Below, one piece after another: positions 1 to 9,932 of a DNA stretch of 64,000 bases (the first letter of the stretch is position 1; the number at the start of each line of letters is the position of its first letter). The notes beneath the pieces are model-generated. The model made no database searches and had not been told where the DNA came from. It saw only the letters and a list, made by a program, of their open reading frames with translations. The position numbers and the translations under genes are program-made. Origin of the DNA: an uncultured Desulfarculus sp. (lineage in GTDB: Bacteria > Desulfobacterota > Desulfarculia > Desulfarculales > Desulfarculaceae); assembly GCA_963665125.2 (NCBI GenBank), contig CAXXUK010000001.1, forward strand, positions 2,464,001-2,528,000, written 5' to 3'.

Positions 1-333
1 CACAATCTCGCCGGGCAGACCGATGATCCGCTTGACGTAATCCGGGCCCGAACCGTCGGGGTTGGCGAAGACGACGATATCGCCGCGCTGGGGCTGGGAA
101 GTTTCGATGAGCGTGTTGCCGATAATGGGCAGTTTGACGCCGTAGGCCATGGCGTTGACCAGCATCTGGTCGCCGATTTGCAGGGTCGGCAACATGGAGC
201 CCGAGGGCACGTAATAGGCGCAGGCCACCGTGGAGCGCAGAATGGCGGCCAACACCGCCGCCCAGATCAGGGCGCTGAACATCTCCCGGACGGGACTTTT
301 CTTGGGCTTGTCTTTTTTCTCGCGGCCGAACAT
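1..333 (-). CDS. lepB: Signal peptidase I (S26), truncated by window edge
   Basis: Not in the ORF track. Manual translation from ATG at 333 (RBS GGAGGT): MFGREKKDKPKKSPVREMFSALIWAAVLAAILRSTVACAYYVPSGSMLPTLQIGD...PQRGDIVVF...DYVKRIIGLPGE, containing the S26 catalytic Ser (SGSM.PTL) and Lys (YVKRIIG.PG) boxes. Confidence 0.93.
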   Translation of the reverse strand, partial: MFGREKKDKPKKSPVREMFSALIWAAVLAAILRSTVACAYYVPSGSMLPTLQIGDQMLVNAMAYGVKLPIIGNTLIETSQPQRGDIVVFANPDGSGPDYVKRIIGLPGEIV

Positions 334-438
334 AACCACCTCCGACAGCGCATGGGCGACAACCTCACGCGCGAATGGTAATTAAAGTGACTTTTCCAGC
401 CGCTTCTTCTTTCCCGGCAAATAAAATAGCAGAAAAAT

Positions 439-466
439 TAAAGTTCAACAAATCTTCTGCCGATAA
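439..466 (+). promoter_or_regulatory. Sigma-28 (FliA/SigD)-type promoter
   Basis: TAAA(GTT) at 439 and an exact GCCGATAA at 459-466 with a 16-nt spacer, directly upstream of a FliD-like gene. Confidence 0.8.
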
Positions 467-518
467 CGTTAATGGAGAATAATGTCGGGAGGGCTTGTTG
501 AGCGTCACCATCAAATAC

Positions 519-1805
519 ATGGGCCTAAAGGATGCGCCGATTCTGGTGACATCCCAAGGACGCATACCGGCAATACCCGTTACGCCGCCCGGCGGAATGG
601 AGATCCGGGGAACACCCTCGGAGCTGGCCGAGGACGCGGCCAGGGGCTCGGTGTATGAGGCCGTGGCCCAGATCGAACAGGACCGGGTGCTCAGCCAATT
701 GAAGACCCGTTTCAACAACCTGGCGGCCTCCATCAGCAACCTCGACGTGCCCGACAGAGGCCCCTTGGCCAGCGTGCGTACGGCTTCCAGCTCCACGCCA
801 AACGCCCTAAGCCTGAGCGCCGACCGCGACGCCGCAGCCCCGGCCAGCTATGACGTGGAGGTGCAGTGGCCGGCCACCGGCGGCGTGGTCAAGGGCAACC
901 TGAACAACCCCATCGGCGACGTCGAGTTGAGCGCCGGGACCTATGACTTCAGCCTGTTCATCGACGGCGTGGAGCACGAACTCAGCGTGGAGGTGGACCC
1001 CGGCGGCAAGGGGGACACCCACGAGGACCTTTTGGCCCGGATCGCCAGGGAAATAAACGGGGTCGATTCGCGGATTCACGCCGAAGTCGAACAGGGCTTC
1101 ATGATCGACAGCGGCAATGAATACGCGCCCCTGAACCGGGCCGTGCGCCTGAAGGTCAGCGGGCCAGAGGATGCCCAGGGGCCCGGCTTTTACCTGAGCG
1201 AAGACGCCAGCGGCGTGGTGGGAACCTACGGCTTGGACACGGGCCAGCCCGCCAGATCGGCCAGCGTGCGCCAGGGGGCCCAACTCCGCCAACAAAGCAC
1301 CAACACCCTGAGCCTGGACGGCGGCCACGTGACCGGCCAAATCCACGACAATACCGGCGGCACGGTGGAGGTGAAGGTTGAAAAAGGCCTGGAGCCGGTC
1401 TACGAACAGTTGCAGGGGATCATCGACCAATACAACGACATCGTGTCCTACATGGACATGCACTCCGACCTGCTGAGGCCCTCGCTCAAGGACCGGGTGA
1501 TCCGGCCCGGCGAGCAACAAGCAAAGACCATGCTCGATATCGGCCTGCGCATGACCGCCGGGGGCAACCTAAAGGACCAGGGCTTCAAGGACGCCGTGGC
1601 CAGGGACTACGACCAGGTCCATGAGACTCTTCTGGGCGACAACGGCTGGATCAGCAACCTGAGCAAAAAGGTGGATCAGATTCTGGACATGGACACCCAT
1701 TTCTGGGTGGAGGACCTGGAGCTGCAGAAGGGCATGACCCCCAACCAAAAGGCCTGGGCCCTCACATTCGACATCACCCAAAACATCGTCAACGGCTACT
1801 ATTAG
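519..1805 (+). CDS. Flagellar filament capping protein FliD-like
   Basis: FliD N-terminal-like segment (LSQLKTRFNNLAASISNL...RTASSS...ASYDVEVQWPAT) and C-terminal-like segment (LQGIIDQYNDIVSYM); sigma-28 promoter upstream. Start uncertain (TTG 495 or ATG 519). Confidence 0.7.
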   Translation: MGLKDAPILVTSQGRIPAIPVTPPGGMEIRGTPSELAEDAARGSVYEAVAQIEQDRVLSQLKTRFNNLAASISNLDVPDRGPLASVRTASSSTPNALSLSADRDAAAPASYDVEVQWPATGGVVKGNLNNPIGDVELSAGTYDFSLFIDGVEHELSVEVDPGGKGDTHEDLLARIAREINGVDSRIHAEVEQGFMIDSGNEYAPLNRAVRLKVSGPEDAQGPGFYLSEDASGVVGTYGLDTGQPARSASVRQGAQLRQQSTNTLSLDGGHVTGQIHDNTGGTVEVKVEKGLEPVYEQLQGIIDQYNDIVSYMDMHSDLLRPSLKDRVIRPGEQQAKTMLDIGLRMTAGGNLKDQGFKDAVARDYDQVHETLLGDNGWISNLSKKVDQILDMDTHFWVEDLELQKGMTPNQKAWALTFDITQNIVNGYY

Positions 1806-1812
1806 CAGGCCG

Positions 1813-3132
1813 CTACCGACCGGACAGCATCCGTCCCAGCCGCCTGCCCAGGGCCAGGATCGTCAAGACCGTGGGTCTGTCCAGTGACTCGGGAAACACG
1901 CTGGCGTCGCAGACGTAGAGCCCCCTGGTGTCGGTGGCCAGGTCGCTGCCCAGCATATGGCCCACCCGCACCGTGCCGCTGGGGTGGGTGCCCCGCTGGG
2001 GTGTCATGAACATCGACGACCGGGGGCAGCCCGCCTTTTCCAGGATGTCGTGGCATATGGCCTCGGCGGCGTCCAGGCGTTGCTTGTCGCCGGGCGTCAG
2101 GGGCTTGCTGATGCGCCCGCCGGGCTCGATGCCGCCGCTGACGTCGTCCTTGAGCTTGATCATCAGGCCCATGACCTTGTTCCAGCGCAGCCAGTTGAAC
2201 GTGGGGCCGATTCCCCGGCGCACGGCTTGCATGGGATAGAGCAGCCAGGGGTCGGTCAAAGTGCTGAGCATGAACCCGGCGTCATCGTCATTGTACGACC
2301 AGGTCATGGGCGGCTCCTTGCCCGTGCCCGGCTCCTTGGAAAACCCGTAGACCATCACCGTGGTGTCCATGGTCAGGCCCCTGCCCGCGTCATCGAACCC
2401 GGAACCCTGCAAGATCCGGGGGCTGCCGATGCCGCCGGCGGACAAGATCACGTTTTGGGCCTCGGCCACGAAATCAGTCCCGCGGTGCCTGCCCTGCACT
2501 CCCTGGACCCGGCCGCCGTCGGTAAGCACTCGCTCAACCCTGGCCCTGGTCAGCAGCCGCGCCCCGGCGGCCACGGCCTCGTCGACCCACTCGGCCGCGC
2601 CCCACTTGGCCCCGCAACGGCAGCCCAGCATGCAGGTGGCCCGGCAGTCAAAGGGCTTGTCCAGGTTATTGCGGCGCTGGGGGTACATGAATTTGGGTTG
2701 GGCGTACCACTGCATTCCCAGCTCTTCGGCGGCCTGGGCCAGGCGGGTGGAGGCCGGCCCGCGCATCTCCGGCGGCAGGGGTTTGATGTCCAGTTCGGCC
2801 CGGATCTCGGCAGCCTGTGCCTCCACATCCAGGCCGTAGCGCTGTTTGAACCAGGGCGGCGGATCGGCGGCGCAGCCGGTGTACATGCTGGTGGCCCCGC
2901 CGACCATCTGGGGCACGATGATGTTGAGGCCCTCCTTGGTAAAAAGCAGGCTCATGTTCTGGCAATAGATCAACGCGCCGGGGTAGGTGCCGTAGTAAAA
3001 CTTGTCCCGGTGCTCCCCGCCGCGCTCCAGGATCAAAACGTCCTTGCCGGCCAGGGCCAGCTCCCGGGCCACCGAGGCCCCGCCTGGGCCCGAGCCCACC
3101 ACGATATTTTCGGCTTGAAGTTTCAGGGCCAA
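1813..3132 (-). CDS. GMC family FAD-dependent oxidoreductase
   Basis: N-terminal VVGSGPGG FAD motif, VGGAT, C-x2-C-x3-C (CRATCMLGC), ILSAGGIGSPRIL, HPSGT, LYVCDASVFP...PTVLTILAL. Likely TTG start at 3132 behind GGAGGGG, just after the permease stop. Confidence 0.88.
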   Translation of the reverse strand: MALKLQAENIVVGSGPGGASVARELALAGKDVLILERGGEHRDKFYYGTYPGALIYCQNMSLLFTKEGLNIIVPQMVGGATSMYTGCAADPPPWFKQRYGLDVEAQAAEIRAELDIKPLPPEMRGPASTRLAQAAEELGMQWYAQPKFMYPQRRNNLDKPFDCRATCMLGCRCGAKWGAAEWVDEAVAAGARLLTRARVERVLTDGGRVQGVQGRHRGTDFVAEAQNVILSAGGIGSPRILQGSGFDDAGRGLTMDTTVMVYGFSKEPGTGKEPPMTWSYNDDDAGFMLSTLTDPWLLYPMQAVRRGIGPTFNWLRWNKVMGLMIKLKDDVSGGIEPGGRISKPLTPGDKQRLDAAEAICHDILEKAGCPRSSMFMTPQRGTHPSGTVRVGHMLGSDLATDTRGLYVCDASVFPESLDRPTVLTILALGRRLGRMLSGR

Positions 3133-3133
3133 C

Positions 3134-4522
3134 CTACCCCTCCCCATCCCCAGCCTGGGCTGGCGTTTTCAAGGCTTCCAAATCGGTCAGGGACCGGATA
3201 TCAACGCCCCTGGCGGCCAGCCAGCGCCGCCTAAACCAATAATAGGCCATACCGCTGACCGCAAAGGCAACGAAGGAACCGATTTTAAACGGCGTGCGCA
3301 GATCCACCAGAATCACCACGCCGAGAAAGGCCATCATCACGAAACCCACCACCGGGCAGGCGTAGTACCAAATGCCTTTCAGTTTGAACGGCGAGGCCTC
3401 ATAGGCCGCCGGGTGCAGCCCGCGCAGGCGCAGCGAGGCGATGAGAATGGGGAAAAAGACAATGATGGCGCCCAGGGAGGCGAACGAGGCCAGGGTCACC
3501 AGGGAGATGTCGCCCAAAATCCCGGCCACCGACAACGCCCAGACCACGGTGAGTAGCCAGTGGGGCGTGCCGAAGCGCCGGTTCAAGGCCCCGAGGCCCT
3601 TGGGCAGGATTTCGTCGCCGCAGATCATCATCAGGGATTTGGTGCCCACGATGAACAGGGCGTTGAGGGTCGTCAACAGGGCCAACACCGCCCCGCAGAC
3701 AATGAAATAGACCACGCCCGCCCGGCTCATCACCCTTTCGGCCACCATGAGCAGGGGCTCCCAAGACGCCTCGATGTCGACGATGGTCGCGTTGCCCATT
3801 GTGGCCACGGCCACGGCCACGTACAAGACCAGGACCACGGCAAAGGCTATGGCGAACGAGCGGGGGATGACCTTGCCGGGGTTGATGATCTCGCCGCCCA
3901 GTTCGATGACGCCGTTTGCCCCGAGATAGGTGAACGTCAACAGGGCCGTGCCCAATATAAGGTTTGAAAAGCCTTTTTGCATGACCCCGTCAAAACGGGC
4001 CGCCTCCAGGCTGCCGATGCCGTTGAAGCAGAACCAGGCCAGGGCCGACAGCAGCAGCAACACCAGCACGCCCTGAATCACCGCAGCCAGGCGCACGCCC
4101 AGCAAATTGACCACATACACAACCGTCACGATCAACACCGCCGTGGGCAGGTTGGGCAGGCCCGGCGCCAACGCCACGATATATTTGGTGCAGGTCAGGG
4201 CGTACAGGGGTATCTGGCCCACGAACGAGGCAAGGGCATAGACCCAGATGCCCAGAAAGGCCAGGGCCGGAGAAACCATGCGGCTGGGGTAGACGTAATT
4301 GGCCCCGGTGGTGGGTATGGCCGCCGCCAGCATGGCCATGGGCAACATGGAGATGAACACGGGAATCACGGCCAGGCCGTAGGCAATGGGCAAGGCCGGG
4401 CCACAGATATTGGCCACCACGCCGGTAAAGGCGAACACTCCGCCGCCGACCATGAAACCGATGGCGATAAACGTCACCGCACCCAGGCCCAGCACCCGCT
4501 TGAGGCCTGTTTGCCCGGTCAT
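3134..4522 (-). CDS. APC family amino acid permease
   Basis: LKRVLGL...GFMVGGGVF, GEIINP.K.IPR, N.RFGTP motifs and about 12 hydrophobic segments; ATG 4522 overlaps the upstream stop (ATGA). Confidence 0.9.
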   Translation of the reverse strand: MTGQTGLKRVLGLGAVTFIAIGFMVGGGVFAFTGVVANICGPALPIAYGLAVIPVFISMLPMAMLAAAIPTTGANYVYPSRMVSPALAFLGIWVYALASFVGQIPLYALTCTKYIVALAPGLPNLPTAVLIVTVVYVVNLLGVRLAAVIQGVLVLLLLSALAWFCFNGIGSLEAARFDGVMQKGFSNLILGTALLTFTYLGANGVIELGGEIINPGKVIPRSFAIAFAVVLVLYVAVAVATMGNATIVDIEASWEPLLMVAERVMSRAGVVYFIVCGAVLALLTTLNALFIVGTKSLMMICGDEILPKGLGALNRRFGTPHWLLTVVWALSVAGILGDISLVTLASFASLGAIIVFFPILIASLRLRGLHPAAYEASPFKLKGIWYYACPVVGFVMMAFLGVVILVDLRTPFKIGSFVAFAVSGMAYYWFRRRWLAARGVDIRSLTDLEALKTPAQAGDGEG

Positions 4523-5424
4523 TGGGTCATATCCCCCGGACCGCCGAAGGCCCCCCGGATCAGGCCTTGCAGGGCCAAGAGCTGCCACCTGGTGCGGGTG
4601 CCCAGGTTGGCCGCCTTTATCGGGGTTTCAATGGTGAACACGGCCTGGGAGTTGTTGAGCCTGTAGTAATTGGCCAGTGACAGTTGCCGGGTCAGTTTCA
4701 TGTACCACAGACCCCACACCGGCGCGTCCACCAGGCCGTCATCCAACCTCAGCAGGGTCTTCCAGCGGTCGGGCTCGATGGGCGCTCCTTCCCGGCGCAG
4801 CTTTTCTATTGTCGCCCTGGCCAGGTTCTGGCTATCCCTGCCGTATTGGTACATGTAGAAGCCGTCGGCCTTGGGATCTTCATGCAGGTCCAGCATCATG
4901 TTGTAGTTATTGCCCTGGAGAAAGTCCTTCATGACGCGGGCTTCCTGGGTGTTGAACGAGGCGAAGTCGCGGTTGATGTCCCGGCCGTCCTTGTTGAAGC
5001 GCTTGCCATGGGCATAGCCCCAGGGGTTGACCACGGGGATGATGTCCACCGACATGTCGGCCAGCCTGCATTTACCCTCAACCAGACGGCGGACCATGGT
5101 GGCCACGGTCTCCAGGCCTGCGGGCTCATCGCCATGGACCACGGCATTGATCAGTATTTTTGGCGCCTTTGGGTCATTTGGCCTGTAGCGGACAACCATG
5201 ATGGGCTGTTTGAAAATGCCGTAGTCCACAATGCCGATCTGTTCCATATCAAGGCGCAGGGAGGCCAGGCAAAGCGCCCCCAACTCCACCCAAACCGCGT
5301 CGATGTCGCGCACCACCGGCGTGTTATCCGCAAACGGTTCCGTGTCGCCGCTGGCCCTGACGAAATAAAGGGCAACGCCCAGCGCCACGGCCAGGCACAA
5401 GACAATTATGAGCAGCTTCTTCAC
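4519..5424 (-). CDS. M14 family zinc metallocarboxypeptidase / deacylase (AstE/AspA-like), N-terminal signal or anchor
   Basis: HGDE zinc motif, NPWG, DINRDF, DLHED, FTIETP; hydrophobic N-terminus after GTG 5424. Confidence 0.8.
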   Translation of the reverse strand: MKKLLIIVLCLAVALGVALYFVRASGDTEPFADNTPVVRDIDAVWVELGALCLASLRLDMEQIGIVDYGIFKQPIMVVRYRPNDPKAPKILINAVVHGDEPAGLETVATMVRRLVEGKCRLADMSVDIIPVVNPWGYAHGKRFNKDGRDINRDFASFNTQEARVMKDFLQGNNYNMMLDLHEDPKADGFYMYQYGRDSQNLARATIEKLRREGAPIEPDRWKTLLRLDDGLVDAPVWGLWYMKLTRQLSLANYYRLNNSQAVFTIETPIKAANLGTRTRWQLLALQGLIRGAFGGPGDMTQ

Positions 5425-5495
5425 AGCATCCCCCAAATATCCCCCCAGTTTTGTGGATAGCATAGCAAATCACAAACGGTGATTACCATACTTAC

Positions 5496-6227
5496 TCATA
5501 AGGGGGCGTTGGTCATGCGTCCGGCTGCCGTCAAGCGGCCCAGGGTGGCGGCGCCCTGTTGCGCCATCAGGCTGATGATACGCTGAAAGATCATCGCCGT
5601 GACCAGGGCGTCGCCCGAGGCGATGTGCCGCTCGGGCTGGGCAATGCCGAAGTGCTCGGCCAGGGCGTCCAGACGGCATCTTTCGATGTGCCGGCTGATG
5701 CCGAAGGGGTCGGAGGGCAGGATGAATCGCTTGCACAACAGCACGGTGTCGATGACCAGGTTGTGCAGGCGCAAGCCGTAGCGTTCCCGCATGTGCCTGT
5801 TGAGGAAATGCAGGTCGAACCCGGCGTTGTGGGCCACGATTATGCCGTGGCCGATGTAGTCGATGAATTCGTCGAACACCTCGGCCTCGGGCCGGGCCGC
5901 GGCCAGCATATCCGGGGTGATGCCGTGGACGGTGACCGCCTTTGTGGGCATGCCCGGGCCGGGGTTGATCCGTTCGGAGAAGGCCTTGCCCAGGTGGATG
6001 CGGCCCTGGTTGATGCGCACCGCGCCCACGCTGATCACCCGGTCCCTGGTGATGTCGATGCCCGTGGTTTCCAGGTCCAGAACCACGAAGTCGCACTGAT
6101 CCAGGGGTGCCGAGGCCTTCAGTCCCCGGACCGCTTCCAGGTTGCGCCGGGCCAGCTCGGGCAGATCGCCCCGGCCCTGCATCCGGGCCATCAGCCGGTC
6201 GCGCAGTTTGAACCAGAAAAGCGACAC
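5496..6227 (-). CDS. DEDDh 3'-5' exonuclease-fold protein (DNA pol III epsilon-like), partner type of DUF294 proteins
   Basis: VVLDLETTG, VHGIT, VAHNAGFD, DT, RHIASGDA motifs. Confidence 0.9.
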   Translation of the reverse strand: MSLFWFKLRDRLMARMQGRGDLPELARRNLEAVRGLKASAPLDQCDFVVLDLETTGIDITRDRVISVGAVRINQGRIHLGKAFSERINPGPGMPTKAVTVHGITPDMLAAARPEAEVFDEFIDYIGHGIIVAHNAGFDLHFLNRHMRERYGLRLHNLVIDTVLLCKRFILPSDPFGISRHIERCRLDALAEHFGIAQPERHIASGDALVTAMIFQRIISLMAQQGAATLGRLTAAGRMTNAPL

Positions 6228-6233
6228 GGCTCG

Positions 6234-7307
6234 TTAGGACCTTCTGGCCAGTTTGTTGGCGAGTATAGAGATCAAACCACCCAGCATCACATAGCCCCAA
6301 ATCACTTCAAGAACGACACACCAGGTGGCGGCTGGCGTCTTTGGCGTAATGTCCCCAAAGCCCAAAGTGGTAAAGGTGACCACGCTGTAATAGATCATGG
6401 TGTGAATTGTGTGTTCTAGTGGCTCCTTAATATGAAATGCACTCTCACCAAGACAGAAAAATACAGCTGCAAACGTCAACGCAGAGATAACAGACCACGC
6501 GGCCCAGCGGCCCAACGAGCGTCCGCAATCGGCAAAAAGCCACCAAAGGCAATAAAGCAGTTTGTGTTTTATTTTGAATTCGTGGAGATAATTTTCGTCT
6601 TCAACATAACGCTTGAAAAGCTGGCTGCCAATTGCACCTCGGACGTCAGTGTCTGCGCATTTTGTCTTCTTGTTGAATTTTATCCAGGTTACATCGACGT
6701 CATTAAACCTCGCCCAAGTCAGGTCAGCGTACGAAAAATCTGAGTCTTTCAAGTTAGTCTCAATTATGCTCACATTCGTCAAATTTGACTTAATAAAGGA
6801 ACATGCCTTTAGGTTACAGGAAATAAATATTGCGCCAGTAAACTCACAGTTATGAAATTTGTTTCGTAAAAAGTTGCCGCCTTTTATAGCCGCAACGGAA
6901 AAATCACACTCAACCAAATCACTTTCAACAATCCAAATATTCTCAGCAGTTTCGGTCATCATTTCTGTTTGTTGCATGTTGACATCTTTAAATCTTGCGC
7001 TGTCCAGATGCGCACCATCAAATGAACACTCAGATCTCATTACGTTATTGAAAGTGCTCTCCTGTAGTTCTGACCTATAAAAAGAGACTCCTTTCACTAC
7101 TGACCGCGAAAAATCAACACCTTGGAACTCAGCAAACTCAAATGATATTTTCCCATCGACCATCTCAAGTCCGCATTCCGAGTCATCCCGAAATTCATCA
7201 AAATCAAGTTCTGTTAAATCCGGTTCTTTAACTTCATTAAAATGCCGCCACTCATTCCAGGCATCAACGCCCTCTTTCAACTTCGCCACGTGTTCCGGAT
7301 TAGCCAC
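6234..7307 (-). CDS. Pentapeptide-repeat protein fused to a C-terminal two-TM potassium-channel-like domain
   Basis: MANPEHVAKLKEGVDAWNEWR leader, pentapeptide periodicity (F/L every fifth residue), YYSVVTFTTLGFGDITP pore helix and filter; visibly AT-rich relative to neighbours. Confidence 0.82.
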   Translation of the reverse strand: MANPEHVAKLKEGVDAWNEWRHFNEVKEPDLTELDFDEFRDDSECGLEMVDGKISFEFAEFQGVDFSRSVVKGVSFYRSELQESTFNNVMRSECSFDGAHLDSARFKDVNMQQTEMMTETAENIWIVESDLVECDFSVAAIKGGNFLRNKFHNCEFTGAIFISCNLKACSFIKSNLTNVSIIETNLKDSDFSYADLTWARFNDVDVTWIKFNKKTKCADTDVRGAIGSQLFKRYVEDENYLHEFKIKHKLLYCLWWLFADCGRSLGRWAAWSVISALTFAAVFFCLGESAFHIKEPLEHTIHTMIYYSVVTFTTLGFGDITPKTPAATWCVVLEVIWGYVMLGGLISILANKLARRS

Positions 7308-7332
7308 TTTTCCCTTCCCAACCCTTTCCTGA

Positions 7333-9264
7333 CTATGTCACCAGCCAAGTCTGGTAGCGGTGCTCCAGCATGGCCTGGAACTCGCTGATCACCTTGAAGC
7401 TTTCCTTGAGCGTCTTGCGTTGCAGACTGGTCAGGGCCGCCGGGTTGACAAAGTTGTCCGGCTCCAGGCCCTGGGCCCTGGCCTCCAGGTGGCGGCTGAT
7501 GCGCAACAGCGTGATAAAGCCGAAGGCCTCCTTGAGGTCTGCGGCCAAGCCGGGCCGCAGAACGCCCGCGGCGGCGGCCCCCTCCAGGCGCTCCAGGGTG
7601 CTGGTGGCCAGAACCCCCTGATCCAGGGCCAGGACCCGCGCCCCGTCCACCAAGGGCATCAGGCCGTGGTTCTTGAGGTTGAGCTTGTTTTTGTTTTCGC
7701 CGCTGCGCTCCACCACGAACTGGCGCAGGAAACCCAGGGGCGCGCGGTTGTACAGGCCGTTTTTGGCCATGTAGCGCAGGAACAGGCGGTTGCCTTCCAG
7801 GGCTCCCCGCAGGTGCTCGCGCAGCAGGTCCACGTAATCGGCCTCGGCGTACACGGCCCGGAAATCAAAGAATATCGTGGCCATGCGCAGGGTCAGGGGC
7901 TTGGGCCTCTGGACCCAGCCTCCGAAGGTCTCGCGCCACTGGTCCATGGACTGGCACCAATTGGGGTTGTCGGCCATGATGTCGCCGGTGCACAGGGGAA
8001 AGCCGCAGCGCTCCAGGCCCCTGGTCACCCGGTGGGCCAGGCCCAGGAACCAGCCCTTGACCGCGCCCACCGAAGACTCCGGGAGCGGCGCGAAGATCAG
8101 GGCGTTGTCCTGGTCGGTGCGCAGGGTCTGTTCCCGGCGGCCCTCGCTGCCCAGGGCCATCCAGCAATACGGCGTGGGCGCGCCGCCCAGGCCCTCGGCC
8201 TCCATTTCGGCCTCGCTGAGCACCACCAGCTTGTGGGTCAGCCGGTCGTTGAACTCGGTGACCAGCTCCAACATGTCCTTGGCCGAGCCGCCCAGGCCTA
8301 AGAGCATCTCCACCACCCGGTCGATGCGCGGGTGCAAATGCACCAGGTCGTCGATGCTCTCGGACTTGTCGATCTCCCTGGCCAGGGCCACCGGGCTGCC
8401 GCCGGTGAGCGCCTGCAAGTCCCGGTCGCTGACAATGCCCGCCAGTTTGCCGTCGTCCACCACGGCCAGGTGATGCAGGCCGTGGCGGCTCATGGTCAAC
8501 AAGGCCTCGAAGGCGAAGGTCCGGGGGGCGATGGTCTTCAGGGGCTTGGTCATGAAGTCCACCACCTGCTGGTCGAAATCAGCGGCCCGGTCCATGACCC
8601 GCACCCGGAAATCGGTGTCGGTGAGGATGCCGATGGGTCGACCCTGGGCGCTGGTGACGATGATGGAGCCCACCTGGCGGGCGGTCATCATCCGGGCGGC
8701 CTCGCGCAGGCCGGTGCGCGGCGGACAGGTCAGGACGTCGCGGATCATCACGTCGCCCACCCTGCTGCGGGCCATGGCCGCGCCCAGGCCCAGGCCGCCA
8801 AGATCGGCGGCGGAGTTTTGCTCCCGCCCGGCTACCGTGGCCATGTCCCTGGCCAGGCTGAAGCTGAAGAAACGGCGAATGTCCGGGCGGTTGTCAACCA
8901 AATCCCGGAAGGCGTCCGCCGGGATCATGTAGCAGACCATGTCCTCCCGGGTGGTCACGTCGAAAAGCGGGGCCCGGCCCGAAAGCATGCTGGTGGCGCC
9001 AAAGGTGTCGCCCTCGCCCCGCAGGTCCACCAGCGCGGCGGGCTGGTCGCCCTGGGGCGGCAGGCTTTGTTCTGCCGAGCCGCTCTGGATGATGTGCAGA
9101 TGCCCGCTGGGTTCGCCGCCGGCCGTGAGCACCCGCGTGCCGCCTGGAAAATAGGCGATCTCCATGGCACCCACCAGTTCGGTCAGTTCTTCATAACCGA
9201 GCAGGTCGAACGGGGGCGTGTTTTGCACCGACTCCAGAACCCGTTGCCAGGGAAAATCTCTCAT
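7333..9264 (-). CDS. cNMP-binding + CBS-pair + DUF294 nucleotidyltransferase-like signalling protein
   Basis: N-terminal cNMP fold (IIQSGS...GDTFG), two CBS domains, GSEGRREQTLRTDQDNALI nucleotidyltransferase motif, IFFDFR, LNLK.HGLMPLVD.AR. Confidence 0.9.
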   Translation of the reverse strand: MRDFPWQRVLESVQNTPPFDLLGYEELTELVGAMEIAYFPGGTRVLTAGGEPSGHLHIIQSGSAEQSLPPQGDQPAALVDLRGEGDTFGATSMLSGRAPLFDVTTREDMVCYMIPADAFRDLVDNRPDIRRFFSFSLARDMATVAGREQNSAADLGGLGLGAAMARSRVGDVMIRDVLTCPPRTGLREAARMMTARQVGSIIVTSAQGRPIGILTDTDFRVRVMDRAADFDQQVVDFMTKPLKTIAPRTFAFEALLTMSRHGLHHLAVVDDGKLAGIVSDRDLQALTGGSPVALAREIDKSESIDDLVHLHPRIDRVVEMLLGLGGSAKDMLELVTEFNDRLTHKLVVLSEAEMEAEGLGGAPTPYCWMALGSEGRREQTLRTDQDNALIFAPLPESSVGAVKGWFLGLAHRVTRGLERCGFPLCTGDIMADNPNWCQSMDQWRETFGGWVQRPKPLTLRMATIFFDFRAVYAEADYVDLLREHLRGALEGNRLFLRYMAKNGLYNRAPLGFLRQFVVERSGENKNKLNLKNHGLMPLVDGARVLALDQGVLATSTLERLEGAAAAGVLRPGLAADLKEAFGFITLLRISRHLEARAQGLEPDNFVNPAALTSLQRKTLKESFKVISEFQAMLEHRYQTWLVT

Positions 9265-9482
9265 CCGCGATTCCTTTGGTTTATGCCCGGTATTATGGCA
9301 CTACGGCGGCCCGGAGGGAAACATCCTAGTTGAGCGAACCGGCCAAACCATGGTCGCCAACAAAAACAGTGTTCAATTTATTTCCGATTGGGCTTGAATT
9401 CGCTACGGCTGAACCACTATGCTGGACAAGCCTATTCGTCCACTGACTTTGTAATAATTATCGCCGGGAGTGCTGGGAACCT

Positions 9483-9932
9483 ATGGATCTGACACCGGAA
9501 ATATTGGAGCAGATACTAAAAGACAGCGTGCCTTTTGTTTACAACACCGGTCTGAAGGCCGTGAGCATGGAACGCTGCAGGGTCAAACTGCTGATGCCAT
9601 TCAAGGGCAACGGCAATCACGTGGGCTACATGTACGCCGGGGCCCTGTTCACCCTGGCCGAGGTGCCGGGCGGCGCGCTTTTCTTTACCACGTTCGACCC
9701 GGAAAAGTTCTATCCCATCGTCAAGAGCCTCAAAATCGACTTCCTGCGCCCGGCCAAGGGCGACACCACCATAGACATATCCATAACCGAAGACGAAGCC
9801 CGGCGGATCGCCGAAGAAGCCGAGGCTACCGGAAAGAGTGAATTCGTGCTAAAGGGCGAGATCATCGATTCCGAGGGGCGGGTCGCCGCCACCAGCGAGG
9901 GAATCTATCAGATCCGCGCCCACGGCATGTAA
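9483..9932 (+). CDS. PaaI/hotdog-fold thioesterase (DUF4442/YiiD-like)
   Basis: NHVGYMYAGALFTLAE and IDFLRPAK hotdog motifs. Confidence 0.82.
   Translation: MDLTPEILEQILKDSVPFVYNTGLKAVSMERCRVKLLMPFKGNGNHVGYMYAGALFTLAEVPGGALFFTTFDPEKFYPIVKSLKIDFLRPAKGDTTIDISITEDEARRIAEEAEATGKSEFVLKGEIIDSEGRVAATSEGIYQIRAHGM

Noticed and set aside
5496..6227. dnaQ (true DNA polymerase III epsilon)
   Set aside because: Context next to a DUF294 gene and the N-terminal extension fit the DUF294-associated DEDDh family, so no gene symbol was assigned.
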